This document shows, in pieces, positions 58,616-64,000 of a stretch of 64,000 bases of DNA (positions are counted from its first letter, which is position 1; every line of letters begins with the position of its first letter). The notes under the pieces are model-generated. The model saw only the letters and a program-made list of their open reading frames with translations. It did not search any database and had not been told where the DNA came from. The stretch is from Dictyostelium discoideum. Its lineage: Eukaryota. The position numbers and the translations under genes were made by a program. The DNA lies in NCBI GenBank assembly GCA_000004695.1, contig CM000154.2:3712001-3776000 (forward strand). The letters are read 5' to 3'.

Positions 58616-59078
58616 TATTTATAATAGTTCACATTCGCTGGTGATGATGATGTATGGTATGAATTTAAAAATATATTGTTATTGTATAATTTGTAAAAAA
58701 AAAAAAAAAACAAAATTTTAATTATTTATCAAATAAAAATAAGGGTATACTTTGATAATAACCTTTTAATAGATTTAGGTGGTTTACATACAAGTGCATC
58801 TGAAACAGTTTACTTAGATAACCTAGGTCTCACTATTGGACAATCATTCCCATTTGATTTCTTTTACTGGTAATTTATTTAATATTGATATTAATTTTTT
58901 AAAAAATATAATCCAATTAATACTTATTAATCTATAAAAATTATACCAATAATTAAAAAATTATAACAATTTAAACTAAAGTGAAAGACATACATATGAA
59001 TCTAATTTAAATATTATTACAAACTTGAATTTAACATGTATTGAATATGACGCATGTGGAGTTTGTCTTGGTAAATAT

Positions 59079-59118
<40 letters not shown>

Positions 59119-60385
59119 TTACAATTAAATTAAATTAAGGTAAAAATGATACGTGTTGCTTTGTAAATAAATGTGAAACCATTAATAGATGTTTAGAAGC
59201 TGACTGTAATGAAGGAACCAATTTCCAATGTGATTACCATATAAAGAATTGTAGTGATGGTGATATTTGTGAGTATTTTTTTTATTTTTATAACAAAAAA
59301 TTCTTTTTCTAACCTTAAAATTTCCCACATAAAACAGGTTCAACTGATGGTTGTGATATTGGTTTTGGATGTGTAAGTTGATTTTAATTTTTCTTTATTA
59401 TAAACAAAAAAGATTAAATTTTTTTTTTTTTTTTTTTTTTTTTTCTTCTTCTCTTTCTCTCCTCTAAAGATTAATTTACCTATAAACTGTGATGATGGAA
59501 ATTATTGTACTAAAGATTATTGTGATCCAACATATGGGTTTGTATTTAATATTATTATATTCATTTATTAATTTAAACACAATTCAATATTTATTAGCTC
59601 TCTCCCCTTTTTTTTTTTTTTTTAAAAAAAAATAGATGTTTACATATCGAAACTGCAAATTGCACTGAATGTTTAGAAACAGGTTGTGTAAGTTTAATTA
59701 TATTTTTAAATAACATTTTGGTTTATAAAATATTTATTAATTAAACTATCATAATTTTCTATAGATAACTGTTCTCCCATGTTTCCCAGTAACATGTGAC
59801 AGTTTAAATAGTAGCCACGTAAGTATTAATTTAATTTATTTTAGTTTTAAAAACCATTTTTTATAGTTATAATAAAATAATATTAACTAAATAATTATAT
59901 TGATTTTTAAATAGTGTGTTGCTAGTGCTATGAATTGCTCAGATAACGATCCATGTACATCAACAGAATGCGTTAATGGAGAATGTACATATGAGTGGAT
60001 TTGTGGATCAGAAGATTCATCATCTGGTGTTGTAGATTCATCATCTGGTGTTGTAGATTCATCATCTGATGTTATTGATTCTTCAGATATTATTATTGAT
60101 TCTTCATCCGATATCCCAATACCAACACTATCACCTTCCCCTCAACCATCACGTTTCCCAACTGATACACCAACTAATACACCAATGCCACCAACCCGTC
60201 CTCCAACTCCAACTGAAGATCCAAAGATCTATGAAGATCCAGAAGATTTAGATAAAGATTGTTTACATTGTAAAGATTTAGGTTGCATACTAACTGGTAA
60301 AAGTTGTGGTTACTTAAAAAATGAAAAATACGAAAAATCAAATTGTAAAGAGAATTGTTGTTCACATACTCCAACTTGTTTTTAA
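57697..60385 (+). CDS. secreted PA14-domain protein with C-terminal Cys-rich modules (prespore-cell-inducing factor / psi family-like), 13 exons including a 14-nt micro-exon, about 516 aa
   Basis: Exons 57697..57794, 57907..57920, 58051..58320, 58407..58522, 58628..58656, 58744..58869, 58982..59070, 59140..59268, 59338..59372, 59470..59537, 59636..59687, 59765..59818, 59915..60385. All introns are GT-AG (GTAAAT, GTATGT, GTAATT, GTATGA, GTGAGT, GTAAGT, GTTTGT) and phases are consistent. Splicing yields the signal peptide [21 protein letters not shown] and ...[23 protein letters not shown]. The PA14 core is [25 protein letters not shown]. The tail is Cys-rich and P/T/S-rich. Confidence 0.7.
57907..57920 (+). 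CDS. 14-nt micro-exon (TCCTGCACGTAATC) of the PA14/psi-family gene
   Basis: Without it, exon 1 (phase 2) joined to 58051 gives an in-frame TGA. With it (acceptor AAAG, donor GTATGT) the frame is restored and encodes SPARNP. Confidence 0.6.
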
Positions 60386-60466
60386 ATTTTCAATTTAATT
60401 TTAAAAAATAAAAAAATAAATAAATAAAAATAAAATTAAAAAAATAAAAAAATTATAATATTTTTT

Positions 60467-61465
60467 TTATTTATTTTCTTTTTCTTTTTCTAATTGTTCT
60501 CTTTCTTCATTTTCAAAATTATCAGTCATTTTTTTACAAAATAAATACATTGGACTATCAGGTTTATCAGCCAATTCAATGACAGCAGCTTTACAAAAAC
60601 GTATATAGAGTTGTCTACGAATTTCAATCATACGATCAAGTGCATTACGATCTACTTTTTCACCAATTGTTGGTTCATAACCTTGTAAGAGTAAGTCAAT
60701 GTATTGTTTTGGATTTGCCAATGGAACTGGACCACCCATACCAAATTTCTCTAAAGAAACTACACCCCAAATTGGAGCACTCAAGTCATATAGTAACCAA
60801 GACTCTTGTAATTGATCCCAATCAAACATAGATGGCATACCTATGGAAGCATCCCAATGATAATTACTTGGATTAACATCACCATGAATGATAGTAAATT
60901 GATTTGGATCCTTTGAACTCTCAATATCTAATTGATTAACTGGTACACCTTTTAATACACCACTATGTAATGTTTGCCAATGACGTGCTTTCTTTGACAT
61001 CTCTGGATACTCTTTGACAAATGAACGAGTGAGTTTATGAAGTTCACCAAACCAACGACCTAAACCAATTGCCATTTCTTGATTTTCTAACCATTTCCAT
61101 TCAACATAATTAATTGATTCACCAGTTGCATATTTAAATAAACAAATGATTAAATCATCAATCACTACCATACCTTCACCATCAACAAGGTTTGCTATGG
61201 TTGGACATACTGGTAATTTATTATCATTTAAATAATTCAATAATTTAACTTCCAATTTGGTTGATTCAATTCTTTCCTTCTTTGGATCTGGTGTAACACG
61301 AAGAATAAAATTCTCAGACTCTTTGGTAATTTCATTGATTTTACTAACTAAAAATGTATGATTTTGTGATGATTTTAAACATTTACCTAATTCAACACCC
61401 CAATATTTAAGTGCAATTGATTTAAGTTTATCATTATCCACTTCAATTTTTTCGAATAATCCCAT
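60467..61465 (-). CDS. aminoglycoside/choline-kinase-type phosphotransferase (APH, protein-kinase-like fold) family protein, intronless, 332 aa
   Basis: The Brenner motif is HGDVNPSNYHW (HGDxxxxN). A D-x-D-type metal-binding region is MFDWDQL. Length and layout are typical of PF01636-like enzymes. Confidence 0.7.
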   Translation of the reverse strand: MGLFEKIEVDNDKLKSIALKYWGVELGKCLKSSQNHTFLVSKINEITKESENFILRVTPDPKKERIESTKLEVKLLNYLNDNKLPVCPTIANLVDGEGMVVIDDLIICLFKYATGESINYVEWKWLENQEMAIGLGRWFGELHKLTRSFVKEYPEMSKKARHWQTLHSGVLKGVPVNQLDIESSKDPNQFTIIHGDVNPSNYHWDASIGMPSMFDWDQLQESWLLYDLSAPIWGVVSLEKFGMGGPVPLANPKQYIDLLLQGYEPTIGEKVDRNALDRMIEIRRQLYIRFCKAAVIELADKPDSPMYLFCKKMTDNFENEEREQLEKEKENK

Positions 61466-61876
61466 TTTTTTTTTTTTTTTTGTTTTTTTTTTTTTTTTTG
61501 AGTTTTTTTTTTTTGAGTTTTTTTTATCAAAAAATAATTATAAAAAACTTATTATTTTGGTATAAGAAAAAAAAAAATTGTTTTACAAAAACAAAAAAAA
61601 TTTTTTACTTTTTTTTTTTTTTGTTTGACATTCTTTGATTTTTAGCAGATTAAAAAAAAAAAAAAAAAAAATTTTTTTTTAAACCTTAACTTAAAAACAA
61701 ATACAAAATCCTGGAACCAAAAAAAAAAAAAACCGATCATACCCCAAAAAACAAACGTTATTTCGGAAGTTCATCTCAAAAACTAAAAAAAAAATTATTA
61801 ATATTCCCAAAAAAATAAAAAACAAAATATTAATAATTAATTCACCCACTCCACACAAATAAAATTAATTTAATTG

Positions 61877-61929
<53 letters not shown>

Positions 61930-62012
61930 AATAATAATAAAAAAAAAAAATAAAATAAAATGTAATCCAATGTGTTTGGTGGGAACATTGTTTGAAAGAA
62001 TTAAAAAAAAAA

Positions 62013-62067
<55 letters not shown>

Positions 62068-62101
62068 TTAAATTAATTATCATAATAATTATAATTATAA
62101 A

Positions 62102-62572
62102 ATGCATAAAATTATTTATTTATATTATAGAATTGATAGAAATTTATTTCAATTAAGAATTTTAGAGAATGAATATGGTATGTTATTTAAACAAAAAGCT
62201 CATGATAATAAAGATGTTTTAATTGATGCATCAGGTCATTGCTTTGTAATGCCAATTAAAATGGGAAATAAACCACCAAGATGGTTTACAATTTGTTCGT
62301 TGGAACATAAAACTTTTAAATCGGTAGAGTTGAATAATTTATCACCAAATTGTTTCGAAGTTATGCATATTGGCCATGAAGATTTAAATGATCCACAAGT
62401 TAATGAAAAAGGTGCTTCGAAATTCAAAGAACATACTTTACACATCTACAGATCAAATCAAACTGATAATGCTTATCAAGAAATGATCTTTAAAGATTTT
62501 TTTTCAAATTCTTCAAATGATTATCAAGTTCAATTTAATAATTATTTTGGTATAATTGGAAAAGAAGAATAA
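62102..62572 (+). CDS. hypothetical protein (start uncertain; may begin at ATG 62180, MLFKQKAHDN..., or have an upstream exon ending at acceptor ttatattatag near 62130)
   Basis: There is a 156-codon open frame of non-low-complexity sequence: GHCFVMPIKMGNKPPRWFTICSLEHKTFKSVELNNLSPNCFEVMHIGHEDLNDPQ. No domain was recognised. Confidence 0.35.
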   Translation: MHKIIYLYYRIDRNLFQLRILENEYGMLFKQKAHDNKDVLIDASGHCFVMPIKMGNKPPRWFTICSLEHKTFKSVELNNLSPNCFEVMHIGHEDLNDPQVNEKGASKFKEHTLHIYRSNQTDNAYQEMIFKDFFSNSSNDYQVQFNNYFGIIGKEE

Positions 62573-62766
62573 CCAAAAATAAAAAAATAAAAAAAATAAA
62601 AAAATAAAAAAATACAATAATTATTTTTTATAGAATAATAGATAGATATAATTTATCTTTTTTTTTTTTATTTCTTATTTCTAATTTTCTTTTTTTTTTT
62701 TTTTTTTTTACTTATGGTGATATTGTTTTTTTATTTTTTTATTTTTTTTTTTTATTTATTTTTTTT

Positions 62767-63698
62767 TTAAGATCTTGGACTATTTGTACTTGAAGTATTA
62801 TTAGGTTGTGGAGATAATATTGGAGAAGATATTGGGGACATACCATTTAATGGAGTTGATGGCATTGAATTACCAACACAAGATAAATAATTTTTTGGTG
62901 ATACACTTTCACCACCACTACTACTAACTTCTAAACTATTTAAACTATTTGAACTATTTGAACTATTTTGTTTAGATATTTGAATTGGAGGTGAAGTTTT
63001 TGTATTGTTGTTATTATTATTTAAAGCTGTTTGTAAATTATTTGAAGAACTATTTAAACTATTATTTGATTTTGAAGAACCAAAATCAAATAAAGAAAAA
63101 CCAGGTTTAATTGATTTCTTTAGAATATTCTTTTCAACTTGATCGGTTACAGAACGACTTCTACGATGACCAAACTCTAATTTCTTTTTACGTAACTCTG
63201 AAATCGAAGAGAGACCACCCCATAACGAAGAGATACCTCCACCACTAAGATTGGCTTTACTTGGACTAGTTGCCAATGCTTCCATCTCTAATTTCTTTTT
63301 TGATTCTTTTAATTCATTAATTTGAACTTCAGAATCACGAAGTTGTTTTTTAATTGAACTCATATCGACTTTTGTATTATCTTTCTTTGCCATCTTTTGG
63401 TATTCAATTAATACCTCTTTTGATTTCTCTTCCATTAAAATCAATGATTCCAATTTCTCCAATGTTCTAATACTAGTTTTATGACGTTCTTGAATTGATA
63501 ACATCAATTTAACCGCATTCACTGTAAACAATTGAGTATAAAAGAAACCTTTAAAAAATTCTTGATATTTCTTTGGTAAACATTCTGTAATATCCTTTAT
63601 ATTATTTTGATCCTCTAAAAAGTGAATACTTTGCCTATTTAATAATTCAATACTTGAAACTGCATCAATTGTAAAATTTTCCATATTAATTATTGGTA

Positions 63699-63785
<87 letters not shown>

Positions 63786-64000
63786 CTTGTGATTGAACTC
63801 GTGGTGACGCTATTATTTCTTTTTCATTTACATTATTATTATTATTATCTACATTAATATTATTATTGTCATTATTAAGACTACTATTATTATTATTATC
63901 ATTATTGTCATTATTAGTATCACTATTATTATTATTATTACTATCATTCTCATTACTATTACTATTATTTATTTCTTTATTCAAACTATCTTCTATATTT
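62767..64000 (-). CDS. hypothetical coiled-coil, Ser/Asn-rich protein, 3' part only (N-terminus lies beyond the window end)
   Basis: The ORF is open from the window edge to the stop at 62767. The central region MEEKSKEVLIEYQKMAKKDNTKVDMSSIKKQLRDSEVQINELKESKKKLEMEALA has coiled-coil character. A polyN tract is encoded by (ATT)n on plus. Confidence 0.45.

Overview
The window is AT-rich eukaryotic nuclear DNA with the hallmarks of Dictyostelium discoideum: about 75-80% AT, long homopolymer A/T runs, (CAA)n and (AAT)n coding microsatellites giving polyQ and polyN tracts, and short AT-rich GT-AG introns. It is not prokaryotic, so operon, CRISPR and defence-island logic does not apply. I reconstructed about 22 protein-coding genes by hand-splicing the ORF track. 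The ORF track includes stop codons and sometimes uses TTG as a start. Reconstructed genes, in window order: a GPH/sucrose-transporter-like MFS permease; the myristoylated AGC kinase PKBR1 (pkgB) next to myo-inositol oxygenase (miox) and the VHS-GAT protein Tom1 (tom1); a tandem array of four paralogous bZIP transcription-factor genes; two tandem paralogous GPI-anchored surface-protein genes; a 9-exon HECT E3 ligase clearly orthologous to UBE3A/E6AP; a short RRP5/PDCD11-like S1+HAT protein; a SET+MYND (SMYD) methyltransferase; a TM9SF/nonaspanin (Phg1-like) gene; a cAMP-receptor-like 7TM gene; a small two-TM hypothetical protein; an actin pseudogene fragment; a 13-exon PA14-domain psi-family secreted protein with a 14-nt micro-exon; an APH-type phosphotransferase; and two hypothetical genes, one running off the window end. 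Positions 43.8-53.7 kb form a tRNA-associated retrotransposon hot spot. It holds a tRNA-Val(UAC) gene, three non-LTR (TRE-type, APE+RT) retroelement copies of which two are 5'-truncated and inverted around an assembly gap, a ~90-bp repeat carrying a B-box-like motif present twice, and tandem degenerate tRNA-Val 5'-half fragments. Six 100-119-nt N runs are assembly gaps. I found no convincingly novel system. The most interesting items are the retroelement/tRNA cluster architecture, the bZIP tandem quadruplication with lineage-specific intron difference, and the micro-exon psi gene.
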